Shown here: positions 23,816-36,134 of the stretch, piece after piece
Position numbering within the stretch: the stretch's first letter is position 1
How the letters are laid out: the number at the start of each line of letters is the position of its first letter
Assembly (NCBI GenBank): GCA_910592345.1
Contig: CAJVPI010000234.1
Location: 1-40,532 of the forward strand
Direction of reading: 5' to 3'
From: Paraglomus brasilianum
Lineage: Eukaryota
Length of the DNA stretch: 40,532 nt
Program-made: the position numbers and the translations under genes
The notes under the pieces: model-generated
The model's input: the letters and a program-made list of their open reading frames with translations, nothing else
Told to the model about the DNA's origin: nothing
The model's database searches: none

Positions 23816-25687
23816 ATGTCCAACTCCTCCACTATATTTACTAAATCGGTTCTCAAAACAAAAAAAAAAAGCAAAATAAAACTACTTTTTCGAGTATTAA
23901 GGAGAGTTATCAAAAATAACCCCAAAATGTTTCTCTTTTGTGGTTTGTTGGCAATAATTACGGCCATCATTAACTATAATATTGGTCTTAACTTGCGAGA
24001 AGCTTTTGTGAAAGGAGTCTCAGAAAATGAAAATGTTTTTAACGCCGAGATTTTTAAATTCCAGTTTAATTTTTTGGGGTGAATATTAAGAAAAGAAAAT
24101 TTAGGTATTTGGAGTTTTATTGGCTATTCTTTAATACTTATTTTTGTAGTCAAGAGTATTTTTTCTATTACTCATTATTACTGGATGAATTACACTTATG
24201 ACCGGCTTGAACAAGACTTAAAAAAAGATCTTTTTCGACAGTTTATTCGAGCCAAGTACGCTAATTCAGTTGAAGTTTCGCGCAATTTAATCACTCAGTT
24301 TGCCAGCGATCTGGACGAAATTTCTTATAGTATTTGGTTTATTCCTAACCGCTTAATTTATGTGGCAACGATGATCTCTTGTTATGTTATTTATGATTTC
24401 AATTTTGGCAATGAAGGGAAAATTAACTGGGTCTTCTTAGCCATTGCCTTGTCATTGTTTATAGTTTTAATTATTAGCGAAGTAATTTTATTTAAAAAGG
24501 CTAGCAAATTAAATGTGGCCGCTAAAAAAAGGCAAGAAGAAGATAATAAAGTGATTTATGAACGAATTAACAATTTAGAGTACATTAAAGCTGTTTCAGG
24601 GGAAAAATACGAAGAAAAAAAAGTTGATCAACAACTTGACTCTACTTTCCAAAAAAATAAAAAAGCGTTGTGGTATAGCACAATGTTTAAAACCATTCCT
24701 AATTATCTAGTGGTCCCTAACATTCCTATTTTTTTTCTGGCTTCGGCCTTAACCTTGGCTGATGAAACCAGCAAAAAGGGCGGTGCGTTCGCAGTTGGAA
24801 ATTTTTCACTTTACTTTATTTCTGTCAAAAATTTAAACAGTGAAGTGGGGAAAATAGTTGACGCTTTATTAACGGTAGACGAGCTATCGAGTAGTTTAGA
24901 AGTTGTTAACGAAGCGGTTCAAGCCCTCCACCGTCCAACTACTCCTTTGCCAAGGCCAGTCATCGCACCCAAGAAAAGTCAACCTTTTGTCAATGGAGAT
25001 ATAATTTTTCAGAAGGTAGTATTTGCTTATCCTAAACGACCGCAACAAAGTATTTTACGAAACTTTACTTTCACTTTTCAACAAGGAAAAATTTACGGCA
25101 TTGCTGGAAAAAACGGCATTGGCAAAAGCACGATTACTAAAACTACCCTTAAACTCTATGATTTAAAAGAAGGACAGATCTTTATTGGGGAACGTAATAT
25201 TCAAGAAATAGACACTATTGACCTCCACCAACACATTTGCTATCAAACTAATCGTCCGACTTTTTTCCGCATGAGTATTGCCGAGAATGTTTGCTATCCT
25301 GACAAATATAATCGAAAAGACTATGACAAATTAGTAGAGGCTGCCAAAAAAACTGGCATTTATGAGTTCATTACTAAACTGCCGCAGGGTTTTGACACTG
25401 TATTAAGAGAAGGGGGCGCCGACCTCTCCGAAGGACAAAAGCAACAAATCTCAGCCATGAAAATGTTTATCAATGACTATGACATTTACATTTTGGATGA
25501 AATATTAAGCAACGTTCATCCTGATTTGAAAGAAATTATTTTAGGAAACATTTTCACTAAATTAAAAGGAAAAACAGTCTTGGTAATCGACCATCACTAT
25601 GAAATATTTAAATATGTTGATTACATTTATCAATTCACGGGTGAAAAATTAATTCGCATGAATAAGAAGGAATTTCTAACCGAATAA
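23816..25687 (+). CDS. ABC exporter, fused permease/ATPase (~623 aa)
   Basis: 23816..24082 and 24185..25687 are in frame across TGA; TM domain plus GKNGIGKST, LSEGQKQ, ILDE. Confidence 0.93.
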
Positions 25688-25724
25688 GTTAGAGAAATTA
25701 CAACTCTTGAAAACAAAAAAATGT

Positions 25725-25796
25725 AAAATAAGCACCACTGCCCTTTATATCAAAGATAGTGATTTAAGTAACTTGGTAAAGTTTAGACCAGTTTAA
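25725..25796 (+). pseudogene. Remnant C-terminus of a tyrosine recombinase
   Basis: Translates KISTTALYIKDSDLSNLVKFRPV*, identical to the end of the recombinase at 38255..38818. Confidence 0.9.
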
Positions 25797-25812
25797 ATTA
25801 AAATTCATTAAA

Positions 25813-26110
25813 ATGATTAAGAGTTTCAAAGACAAATATACTCAAATGCTTTTTGAAAGAAAAAGAGTATTAAAGTGAAAACATATTGAGCAAATTGCTT
25901 GCCGAAAACTAAAAGACCTTGACAAAGCCACTAGTTTAAAGAATTAGCCCAAGAAATCAATGTCCCCGCTAAAATAATAAGGGAGATTTGTTAGGAAAAA
26001 AGAGACTTAACGCCGGAAATAATTTGCCGACAAGCCATTTACTTCAAAATGTCTTGTGAGTTTTGGTTGGGTATGCAGTAAGATTAAGAAAGAGAATGTT
26101 TAGAAGATAT
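25813..26110 (+). pseudogene. Decayed HigB-HigA toxin-antitoxin module
   Basis: MIKSFKDKYTQMLF...IACRKLKDLDKATSL (HigB N-half) abuts KELAQEINVP..IIREIC*EKRDLTPE...YFKMSCEFWLGMQ*D* (HigA HTH with stops). Confidence 0.85.
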
Positions 26111-26281
26111 ATCTTAGAAAACCAAGAAAAACAGATTAAAAAGCAAACAAGCCCTTTACCTACTTCCCAATTAAAAGCCAATGGTCGTTCTAGAAAACAT
26201 GCTTAGTTCATATGCCCTGTAATAATTGTCAAAAGATAATTTCTCAGTTTGAAAAAAATAAATATTAAAATAAATAATATT

Positions 26282-27061
26282 ATGTCAGTTAATGCAAAAA
26301 AATTACTTGCTAATCAAATTAAGGAGGATTTACAAAAAGATTTAGAGAAAGTCAAAAAAGAAGGATGGAGTTCAGGTTCATTAACCTACATTAATAGGTC
26401 GTGAGGTGGATGCGGTATTCCTTGTGGAGAGGAGGGTTATATTGTTTTAGTTTCTCCCGATAAAAATAAAGGTAAACGTGATTTGATTGCTCCTAGCGAA
26501 TTGGAAAAGGAAGATTATGACCAAATAGTAAGTTTAATTGAAGAAATTCGCACGACGGGGGAAAAGGTTTCCGAACAAAAAGAACAGGAAGAAAATGCCA
26601 GAATAGACCAAAAATTAAGCAGCAATCCCAAAATGTTTTTTTATGAGGGAATACAAGAATGAAAGGATTATGATGACATTCGTCACGTTTTTCTAGGAAT
26701 GGAAAACGGCCAAAGATTTTATTTAGTTTTTTCCGAAAATCACCCGGTGACAGCGAACCTTCCTAAACAAAACGACTATCTACAACGAAGGAAATTTTAC
26801 CTAGTTGAAGGAACTAAAAATATTTCTTTTCAACCGGAGAAAAATAGATTATGACCTTGAAAAGAAGCAAATTTATCTGACAAAATTACTATTGCCGAAT
26901 ATAAGGACAACCAGGAAAATCCTGAAAAAGACCAACCAACAGAAAATAAAACTAATACTTCTAATAAAGGAATTTATATTGGGTTAACCACGGCAACTGT
27001 GGCTATAGTTGGAGGAATAATTGCCTGCTTTTTATTTAGAAAAGGAAAAGCAAAAAAATAA
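26282..27061 (+). CDS. Hypothetical ~259 aa protein with C-terminal membrane anchor
   Basis: Open in code 4; ends GIYIGLTTATVAIVGGIIACFLFRKGKAKK. Confidence 0.8.
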
Positions 27062-27067
27062 CCAATT

Positions 27068-27658
27068 ATGAGTAGGGAAGCGATTATTATTAAAAACAAT
27101 AGTAATAGCAAAATCTGAGAGATTTTTATAGTTTTATTGAAGATTGGCATACCAATAATTTATCAAGAATATAAAGATGATAAAGAAAAAAAACAACTCG
27201 TCCAAAATTTAGAAGATGCCAAGAAAATTATTAATGATGCTTGTAGTAAACTTGGGATAACTAACTTAACTGAACTTCCAAATTTACCAAATAGCAAATC
27301 TTTTATCGATTTAATTAAATTCTATCAAGAGACTCCCTCTGATTGAAAAGAACAATTAAAAAAATCCCAGCGAGCCAAGAAAAAAGAAGAAATTAAAAAC
27401 TGCTTTCTGATAGCAAAACTACAACAAATAGAAGAAAAATTAATCAAGGAGAAAATTAGGAGAATTAGAGTTGAAAATAGATTAACTGAATTTGAAAAAC
27501 AAAAAGAAAATTACTTTAATGAACTTTCCTGAAAAAGATTTGGAGAAGATATGTTAATTGAATACCGAATGGAAAAATGAGTTAACGAACAAATGGAAGA
27601 TAAAAAAAACCAAGAATTATTAGATAGTATAGATTATAAACTTTGAGAAGAGTATTAA
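27068..27658 (+). CDS. Hypothetical coiled-coil protein (~196 aa)
   Basis: Open in code 4 and includes track ORF 27137..27346. Confidence 0.7.
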
Positions 27659-27685
27659 AATGAAGAAAAAAATCCAATAAAAACA

Positions 27686-27826
27686 TTAATTTCCTTTCAC
27701 CATTAACATGACAATTAAAACGACTACTAGGAGAGTAATCGAGCAAATAATGGCATAGAAAATGTAAAGCAGAAGATTATTATTACATCCACCTTGATTT
27801 ATTTTGAATATATTTTGACCTTTCAT
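27686..27826 (-). CDS. Small membrane protein (46 aa)
   Basis: MKGQNIFKINQGGCNNNLLLYIFYAIICSITLLVVVLIVMLMVKGN. Confidence 0.5.
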   Translation of the reverse strand: MKGQNIFKINQGGCNNNLLLYIFYAIICSITLLVVVLIVMLMVKGN

Positions 27827-27851
27827 AAATGCTTTTCTTAATTTAATTATA

Positions 27852-28634
27852 CTAACGAATTAATTTTTTAGGCATCGAATAATTACTTAGTATTTTTTGG
27901 ATAATCGCCTTTTTCATTTCGAGGGTATAATCTTCACCATTATGCACTAATTCCATTAACATGTCCAGGACTTGGAGAGAATGAGGAGTTATTTTAAATT
28001 CCTCAAAAATTATTCCTTCGCCAGTGCTCCATAAGAGATAAACATTTTTACCAGTACATAAGTATTGAATAAGCAATTGAACTTCAAAAATGAGTAAGGC
28101 CAGGGGACTCTTATTGGCCTTAATATTGCTAGTTTTTAACTCAATAATATAGTCGCGAAATTCTAAATCAACATAAGTAGCCAGTAATTCCTCTTTGTAA
28201 AAAACATGGTGGAGCGTTTCACTTCCCAGGAAATGACCAAGTTTTAAGGATTTATTCTTTTTTAAAAAATTAATTGTTTCATGAACTCGCTTATCTAAAT
28301 TATTTAATTTAGTAATTTCTTCTAAATCAACAAACAGGGGATGATTACCACTTTGGACAAATTCCTGAATAATGTCGTGAAAATTCTTTCCTCGTTCAGC
28401 GGCTTTGAGAAGGATATATTCTGGTATCTCTTCATATTCTATTTCTCGTAAAATTCTCGTGAGAGTACTAGCACTCAAAGCCTTTTTGCCACCATGATAA
28501 GGCCATCGTCTACCGGTTTTTTCTATAACCAAAAATTCAACTTCTGGTCGTGGTTCGCCAGGGATAAATTTATTATCAACCCCCTTTGGGATTTTAGTGA
28601 TTTCTTTATCATTAAGACTTGTTTCTTTATTCAT
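27852..28634 (-). CDS. PD-(D/E)XK-superfamily nuclease-like protein
   Basis: RGKNFHDIIQ...SE...TYVDL...IIELKTS...Q pattern typical of RecB/lambda-exonuclease-like folds. Confidence 0.7.
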   Translation of the reverse strand: MNKETSLNDKEITKIPKGVDNKFIPGEPRPEVEFLVIEKTGRRWPYHGGKKALSASTLTRILREIEYEEIPEYILLKAAERGKNFHDIIQEFVQSGNHPLFVDLEEITKLNNLDKRVHETINFLKKNKSLKLGHFLGSETLHHVFYKEELLATYVDLEFRDYIIELKTSNIKANKSPLALLIFEVQLLIQYLCTGKNVYLLWSTGEGIIFEEFKITPHSLQVLDMLMELVHNGEDYTLEMKKAIIQKILSNYSMPKKLIR

Positions 28635-28818
28635 AATAATCTAAAAAAGTGAGGAATTAAAAAGTATATAAGTTATTTTACTGAACTAGATTCACTTCCC
28701 TGTTTTCATCTATACTCCAAGATTGATGGTGTGTTTATTGGTTTTTTTGCTTTTGTTGGCGGTATTATTATTCATAAAAGAAAAAAACATTCCTTTAATT
28801 TGTGAGAGATAAGTCCAA

Positions 28819-30522
28819 CTATTTGCTAATCTTTTCCAGAGAAAAAGAAAAGTTTTCTCAAAATGTCTTGATAAAATCGTAATAATTATTTTCTCCTTGG
28901 CTAATTTTATCTAATTCAGTTTCCAAGGCGGCAGTATAACCTTCATTTATTAGAGTGGAAAAGTTTTCCTGTAATCAATTATTAACTGATGCCCCTAAGG
29001 GAGTAGGAATAAATTGCCCCTTTTCATTTAATTCAGCATAGCCTCTTTTTAACAATACCCGACCAAATAAATTGTAAGTAGAAGGGCGACCAATACCTAA
29101 CCTCTCTAATTCTTGGACCAAACTTCCTTCATTATAGCGTACTGGTTTATTTTCTTGGTATTCTTGGACTTCAATTTTTTTGGCTTCTAGTTGAGAAATT
29201 ATTTCTAATTCACTCTTTAATTTAACATTATAATTAGGAAAATAAACTTCGGGAAAAGCAGCCAAAAACCCATCAAACTGACAAACCCTTTCAGTAGTAG
29301 CAAAATAATAATTATTATTGAGAAAATTATAAGTAATCTTGTTAACTTGAGCAGGACTCATTAAACTCGCCAAAGTATGGTTGTATATTAATTTGTATAA
29401 ATTATATTCTTCCGCTGACAAAGAATCTTTAATTTCTTCTGGATTATAATCCAAATAAGTGGGGTGAATGGATTCATGAGCACCCTGAACGTTAAGAGTT
29501 TTTTCCTTTTTTTTCCAGGCTGGATTAGTATTAGAATAATTAGGACCTCACCTTTCTCGGATATGTTTGTAGGCTTGGCTCATAAAGTCTTGATTAATAC
29601 GCGGAGAGTCAGTTCGTGGATAAGTAATTAATCCAACTTGTTTTCTTTTAGTGCTTATTCACACTCCTTCATATAATTTTTGGGCTAACTGGGTGGTTTG
29701 GGCTACGGAAAACCCTAATTGGGATTTAGCCTCAAATAATAACAAAGAAGTAATAAGGGGAGGTTTTGGTAAAATAAATTTTTTTTCTTCTTTTTTGCCA
29801 ATTAATTGGAAAATTAAACCCAGTTTTTTTTTAATTTCTTCGGCCTCGGTTTTTTCTTTATAAATAATTAAATCACCTGCTTCATTGACTTGTTTAAGAG
29901 TTATTTTTTGCTCGTTAACCTGACAAATGCCACAAATGATATAAAGTTTTTTCTTTTCAAATTTTTTTATTAGTTCTTCCCGCTCAATAATTAGTTTCAA
30001 AACTACTGACTGAACTCGACCAGCCGATAAAGCCTGTAGTTTTTTTTGTAATATTGTGCTGAGGCAAAAACCAATCATGCGGTCTAGCACTTGCCGGGAA
30101 AGTTGGGATTCCACTACATTTTGGTTAATAGTCAAAGGATTATTCAAAGCCTCTTTAATACTCCGCGGTGTTATCTCATAAAAGAGTAAACGTTGGCATT
30201 TTAAGGGGTCTACCCCTAATGATTTAGCAGTTTCTTGGGCGATTGCTTCGCCCTCGCGGTCGGGGTCGGTTGCCAGATAAATTACCGAAATTTTCTCTTT
30301 TGTCAAATAGTTCCTTCAGGCACTAATCAAACTTTTTTTTTCGGAAATTATGTCATAGGAAGGAGTAAAATTTTTCAAATCTACTCCTAAATTATATACT
30401 CCACTTTTCCTTAATTCTCATAAGTGTCCGCCAGTAGCAAATATTACGTACTCTTCGCCCAAAAAGGACTGAATGGTCTTTTTTTTGGTAGCAGATTCCA
30501 AAAATATTAAGCCTTTTTTCAT
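28819..30522 (-). CDS. topA: DNA topoisomerase I (type IA), 567 aa core without C-terminal Zn ribbons
   Basis: ES..K, GHL, LATDPDREGEAIA, SAGRVQS, AQKLYE, GLITYPRTDS, AHESIHPT, GIGRPSTY; joined across TGA. Confidence 0.95.
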
Positions 30523-30591
30523 TACCCTTCTATAATTTTTTTTACAAATCATTGCTGGTTGAAAGCGTTAAAAATTTTTGTAAAAGTAGTT

Positions 30592-31724
30592 ATGACAACA
30601 ATAGCAAAAAAAAAAAAAAAACAATAATTTGAATAATTAGTGGAATTATTGGAATAATTAGTTTGGTGGCAATTGTTTTTTTATATCAAAAATATTCCGC
30701 ACCAGAGGACAAAATTAGCCAATCAAACAAAACTCCGCCTGTTCCTGCTCCTGACTATCGGGAGGAGCAAGACAATTGCCCTTATAATGAAAAGAGCCTA
30801 ACCGAAATTGTTGATGATGGAAGTGCTAATTTTATGAGGTGAAGAGCGGACGAATGGGATTTACAGCAGTGGCGAAAGATCCCTCGTGATTACATAGTTA
30901 AATTATGAAAAAAAGGTTATCATTGGCATGATATTATTCAATTGTGGGACTGAAAGATTTCCGAGAAAGAAATCCCCAACCTAACTCTCCAAGAAAGAAT
31001 TGGAGTGATAAATGGACTAATGTTTATGCCCGACCCTCAGAAAATTAGTGAAAAAGGTGGTTGGCTTTGGGTGGGAAGAATTAAAGATTTAGTAGTTATT
31101 GTGCGAAGAAATCAGAATCCTAAGATTAATATAGACAGAAGATTTGGATTTTGCAGCGAGGACGAAAGAAGCGACCGAGGTCAAGTTAGAAAAATAGTTA
31201 ATTTTGCTTTACAGCAGGAAAACATTGATAGTCGGCAGTGCAAAGTGTCAATTTTATGAACAATTGGAGCTCAAAGATTTCGCAAGGAAGGGGACGTGAA
31301 TTTTGGAAATAGTTCAGGAGGTTCAGGCGGAAGCGCGGTTTACTTGGCTTTATTAAGTGCTCTTTATAAAAAACCTATTTCTAGCCAGGTCGCGGCTACT
31401 GGCACATTAATAATGTCGGAGCAGAAAGGAATGATTAATGGTCAAGAAATTATTTTAGCACCAGGAACTAATTTGCCGATTGCTGGTCTTAAAGAAAAAG
31501 TTGTTGCTTGCGTTGAAAAAGGAATTGATAGGGTAGTGCTTTCCAAATATCAGTCCCCACCTAATCTTTTAGTCAAAAAGGACGAATATAATCCTTCAAA
31601 GGAGTTAACATTTGAGAATTATCAAGCCGTAGTTCCACCCGAAATTAAGGATAAAATAACTGCTCATTGAACTGAAGGTGTGAAAGAATTACGGGAATTA
31701 CTTTTTGAAGGAAAATTATCTTAA
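30592..31724 (+). CDS. Membrane-anchored Lon-type (S16) protease-domain protein, frameshifted at an A16 tract
   Basis: N-terminal TM; GGSGGSAVYLALLSAL...VAATG...LPIAGLKEK resembles Lon GPSAG...LPIGGLKEK; ATG 30592 is out of frame with the body. Confidence 0.75.
30606..30621 (+). repeat. A16 homopolymer in the 5' coding region
   Basis: 16 consecutive A. Confidence 0.9.
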
Positions 31725-31740
31725 CTAAAAAAACTCATTT

Positions 31741-32535
31741 ATGAATAAATTAACTATTTTTGATACTCATTGTCATTTAGCCGACAAAGAATACAGCCAA
31801 CAGAGCCAAAGCATAAAAGAAATTATTCAGCAAGCCGAAAAAGTAGGTGTAAAACATATTTTGAATGTGGGCTATGATAAGGAGAGTAATCAAAGAGTAA
31901 TCGAACAATTAGAGCAATTTCCTAACTTATATGGTGCCCTGGGTCTACACCCAAACAGCAATGAAGACTTGTCGGAAGAAAACTTACAATGAATAGAAAA
32001 GCAATTAATTAACAAAAGAATTATTGCCATTGGAGAAATTGGTTTGGATTATTACCGCACTTTTACAGAAATTGAAAAACAAAAATATTGATTTAAAAAA
32101 CAATTAGAGTTAGCCAAAAAATACAATTTGCCAGTTTTATTGCATATTCGGGAGGCCTTCGATGATGCTTATGAAATTGTGAAAAAAGTAGGAAATATCA
32201 AAGGCATTTTACATTGTTTTACTGGAACTTGAGAAACAGCCCAAAAGTTCATTGATTTAGGCTTTTATATTTCTTTTGCCGGAAACATTACTTATAAAAA
32301 TGCTAAATGACAGAAAAGGTGAAGAGAAGTGATAGAAAAAGTGCCTTTAGAAAGGATAGTTATCGAAACTGATGCCCCTTATTTATCGCCCGAACCATTA
32401 CGCGGAAAAATTAATTATCCACAAAATATAATTTACGCCTTGAAAAAAATTGCTGAAATTAAAAAAGTGAATATAGAGGAGGCGGGAGAAACAATTTATT
32501 TTAACACTTTAAAATTATTCGAGATAAATAACTAG
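31741..32535 (+). CDS. tatD: TatD family DNase (264 aa)
   Basis: DTHCHL, GLHP, AIGEIGLDY, LHIREA, HCF, ETDAPYL. Confidence 0.95.
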
Positions 32536-32610
32536 TTTCCAGACTTATCTCGCAAAAATTTTTGGCAACGATATATAACTTTACACCAATTAGCCAAAAA
32601 CAACTATTAT

Positions 32611-32856
32611 ATGAAGTTTAAAGTTTGTGGCAGATGCAATCGAAAAGTAATCCTTGACCAAGAAAATTATCATTATAAATGAAGTGATAAACATTATTAT
32701 CATGATGGTTGTTATCAACAAGCCATAGAGGCAGAAAGAAATCAAAGACTTTTAAGTGGTTTGGCAAGAGGAGTGTTTTACGGAGCAATCATTTTTTTGT
32801 TTTGTTGCTCAATCAGCAAAATAATAAGAAGAAAAGAGAAATGAATGCAAGTGTAA
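32611..32856 (+). CDS. Small Zn-finger membrane protein (81 aa)
   Basis: CGRC...YHDGC then a hydrophobic helix; open in code 4. Confidence 0.6.
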
Positions 32857-32882
32857 AATTGTATATCATTCCTAAATTTTTT

Positions 32883-33566
32883 ATGAAAGCATCTGAAAAA
32901 CCCAAATTGCCGACCACAAGGAATAAAAAGATACAAAATCACGGCTCAAATTGAAATCTCTGGGGATTTTATTTTTTAATTTCTTTACCACCCGCCTTAA
33001 TCTTGACTGTTATCTTTTATTTATCAGGTATTAAAACTCTTTTTTGGTCTGAACGAGGAACCTCCCGCCACCCCTGATTTAGGGGATATATTGCGGTTTT
33101 TTTCCTTCTCTGGATTTTCATAGCATTTACTATTATAATTCTTCACATTCTCTTTTTTTTATTAAAAATTCTTCTTCAAAAAAAGAGTAGGAACCAACAA
33201 AAAAAAGCCGGCAAATACATGTTAATTTTTCTCAGCAATCAATTATTACTTAATCTTTTCCTTTTCTTTTTATGAAAACAAAAAAGTAAAAGCACCATTA
33301 TAATGATAATGTTAATTTCCCTTTTGTTGATAATTATTAATAGTTTTTTTGTCCATTATTTTTTCAGCAAACCGATAATGAAACTACTTATCAAAAAATA
33401 CCCTCATTATTTTCCCAAAGTTTTTCACCAAGAAACAAAGTTAATGATGAAAGTAGACAGCATGGAATTTAAAAAAACTCAAACCACCGAATGAGCAATA
33501 ATAATTACCCTTATTTTGGTTAATTTTTGAATACTTTTGCAATTGTTTTATTTGAAAATAACTTAA
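32883..33566 (+). CDS. Multi-pass membrane protein (~227 aa; alternative start 32841)
   Basis: Continuous hydrophobic ORF in code 4. Confidence 0.7.
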
Positions 33567-33763
33567 CAAAAAATAAATGTCTTACTGGCTCATTTTCCTA
33601 AATTCCTCTAACTAAAAGTATCCAGTGGTGAAAATTAACTTGATAATTCCTAAAAATCCCCACCTTACTTATCTTTATCTCTTCCAGAACAAACTTATTT
33701 TTTTACTAATCAGAACTTTTTTTAATCCTTAATTTTCCTTTTTGTCTATATGCTAAATAACAT

Positions 33764-34174
33764 ATGACAGAAGTAATATTTAAGAAGGTTCAAACTGTTA
33801 GCACCACAAGTCCGACAGTTGAGGTTCTTACCCACCAAAAAACAGAACGGGTAAAAATCCAAATCCAAGCACTCCCTAATGAAATGCAGAGCATTGTTGG
33901 AGACCAAAAAAGAATCCGTAAAAAATGCCTGGGCTGCTGTGATAATTTTACCTGTTATAAATCTAAAAACTATGATTACTGCTCTAAATGTGAACTAAAT
34001 GGCAGTCGCTATGCTAACAAAGATAGTCCTTGTTCGGAATGTGATGGCTCAGGTCTAGTTAAGTTTAAAGGACAATCCCCGCGAAGTTGTAAACTCTGCT
34101 ATTTAGCCCGACAAGAAACGAAGTTGTCGTTAGACCAAAAGAGGTGGGATAAATTTTTTGCCAATCATGCCTAA
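33764..34174 (+). CDS. Cys-rich Zn-finger protein
   Basis: CLGC, CSKC, CSECDGSG, CKLC motifs. Confidence 0.75.
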   Translation: MTEVIFKKVQTVSTTSPTVEVLTHQKTERVKIQIQALPNEMQSIVGDQKRIRKKCLGCCDNFTCYKSKNYDYCSKCELNGSRYANKDSPCSECDGSGLVKFKGQSPRSCKLCYLARQETKLSLDQKRWDKFFANHA

Positions 34175-34478
34175 ACTCCATGAACTAACTGGGCAAATCA
34201 CTAGCAAAGAACTCCGCAAAGTCTACGACAAGAAATCTCCTTATCACGGCAATACCCATTATAAATGTCAAGCCCTCATTGAAAATAAGAAAAAAGAAGA
34301 AAGTTTATTTGTTTACCCTAATTTAGTAAGTCCGGAAATATTCCAAACAGTAGAAAATAGCCACTACATCGACCAGAGATACCTCTTTTTTTGTGCCAAA
34401 AAAGCCAAAGGGTGGGTGTTGCATAAATGAGAAACATTGCCAAGTCAGCCAGGGGAATTAAGCAAGACAAAGAGTTAA
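34167..34478 (+). CDS. Hypothetical 103 aa protein, possibly OB-fold
   Basis: Open in code 4; LTGQITSKELRKV beta-rich start; overlaps the upstream stop. Confidence 0.65.
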
Positions 34479-34481
34479 GCC

Positions 34482-34763
34482 ATGAACAAGCCCCTTAACA
34501 CTACCGAAAAAAAACTCAAATTCCATTGTTCTACTTGTCAAACTACTTGACAATTATTAATCATTAGAACTGATTGCTTAACCAATCCCAACACCAAATG
34601 CTTAAATAACTGTTCCCAAAAATGAGAAAGATTACTAATTGCTTACTGTCAAGAAAGACAAATAATTTACTTTGCTAGTCAAGAACAAGCCAAGGATGAA
34701 AAAAAAGAAAAAGACTTAGCCAACTGATTAACTGAAATAAAAAAACAAAACAATTCCAAATAA
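34482..34763 (+). CDS. Small Cys-rich hypothetical protein (93 aa)
   Basis: CSTC...CLNNC; tightly packed with neighbours. Confidence 0.6.
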
Positions 34764-34765
34764 AT

Positions 34766-35044
34766 ATGCCAAAATCCAAGAAATTAGAAAAGCAAATTGA
34801 AAATAAATTAGAAAAGTTAGACCAATTAATCAACAAAATAAACGAAGCCAAAGCCATTAACTCCGATGACCCTGAAACCTGAGATGCTGACACCCTTTAT
34901 GGCTTAGTAGAAAACTTAAAAGAAACTCTCCAATTATTAGAAGACCAAAAGGGCAAGCAATTGGATGATTTTGGGGAACCAATAATTTTAGAAGAAGGAC
35001 TGTGCTCTTTGGTGGATAGTTATCACTCCAAAGAAGATATTTAA
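34766..35044 (+). CDS. Acidic helical hypothetical protein (92 aa)
   Basis: Open in code 4; tightly packed. Confidence 0.65.
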
Positions 35045-35048
35045 ACTT

Positions 35049-35249
35049 ATGCTAGCCTGAACTATTTTAATTACCGAAAACATTTTTTTAGCCCTTTTCT
35101 TACTTATCTGACTAAACCGACACTGTGCCAATTGCCACCAAGTCAAATGTATTGAACGAGTATTCAATAAACTTTGTCAGAAATGCCAGAATGACCAAGA
35201 AAAGAAAAAAGCCACTTCTTCGCGAAAAAAGTCTACTTCCATTTTATAA
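35049..35249 (+). CDS. Small membrane-anchored Zn-finger protein (66 aa)
   Basis: N-terminal TM, CANC...CQKC. Confidence 0.6.
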
Positions 35250-35252
35250 ATC

Positions 35253-36128
35253 ATGAACTGAACTACTTATTGAACTAACAAAAGAGCCAATCAGCCGCAA
35301 ATGAGTATTATGACTAACCATAATATTAGCCAATATACTGAATATTTACAGGATAAGAATTTATCCGCCAATACCATTAGACTTTATTTAAATGTGCTAG
35401 ATAAATTCCCCCAAGAATTTAGCACCCAAAATCTCCAACAATACTTCCGCACTAGTTTAACCAAGTATGAAGCCACTAGTTTAAAAGTTCAGCAATATGC
35501 TCTGAACTCTTACATTAAGTTTAAGAAATTGCAAGTAGAGTGAGAAAGAATTGTGCGGATAATCCCCAAAACCCAACGCAAATTCTTTGACACCATTAGT
35601 GAAGAAGAATTAGCCCAATTAAAAGATATCAAAGTAGAGAAAAATCCCAAAATACACCAAAGAAATAGCCTTATTTTGGACTTTCTTTTTTACTCAGGAG
35701 TTAGAATTAATGAACTAGTAAATATCAAACACCAGGACTGACAAGTTAATCAATTAAGAGTTCACGGTAAAGGCAATAAGGTCAGATTTGTTTTACTCCC
35801 CGACTTCTTAATTACTCATTTTGATTCTACTTCTCCTGATTACTTATTTACCAACCAAAGAGGCAACCAAATCAAAGCCGAGTATATTAGATGACTACTA
35901 AAAGCAAGAGCCAAAAAAGCCAATATTCAGAAAAATATTACTCCCCACACCTTCCGTCGCTCCTTCGCTACTTGGCTTTATCGCAACAAAGCCCAATTAC
36001 TTACTATCCAACAGTTATTAGGCCATTCTAGCGTCCAAACTACCGAAAAGTATATCCAGTATGATTGAGCTACTGTTTATGCTGATTATAGTAAATTGTG
36101 GAAAACCTCCGAATTAACCCAATTTTAA
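35253..36128 (+). CDS. Tyrosine recombinase, XerC/D-like (~291 aa; start may be 35301/35310)
   Basis: SGVRINEL, GKGNKVR, PHTFRRSFAT, LLGHSS..TTEKY, plus an N-terminal LSANTIRLY core-binding segment. Confidence 0.93.
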
Positions 36129-36134
36129 ACTATC

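Noticed and set aside
27852..28634. Cas4 / CRISPR system
   Set aside because: No Fe-S cysteine cluster, no other cas genes and no repeat-spacer array seen in the window.
28660..28830. Plus-strand fragment resembling a tail anchor (GVFIGFFAFVGGIIIHKRKK)
   Set aside because: No convincing start and too short to distinguish from chance.
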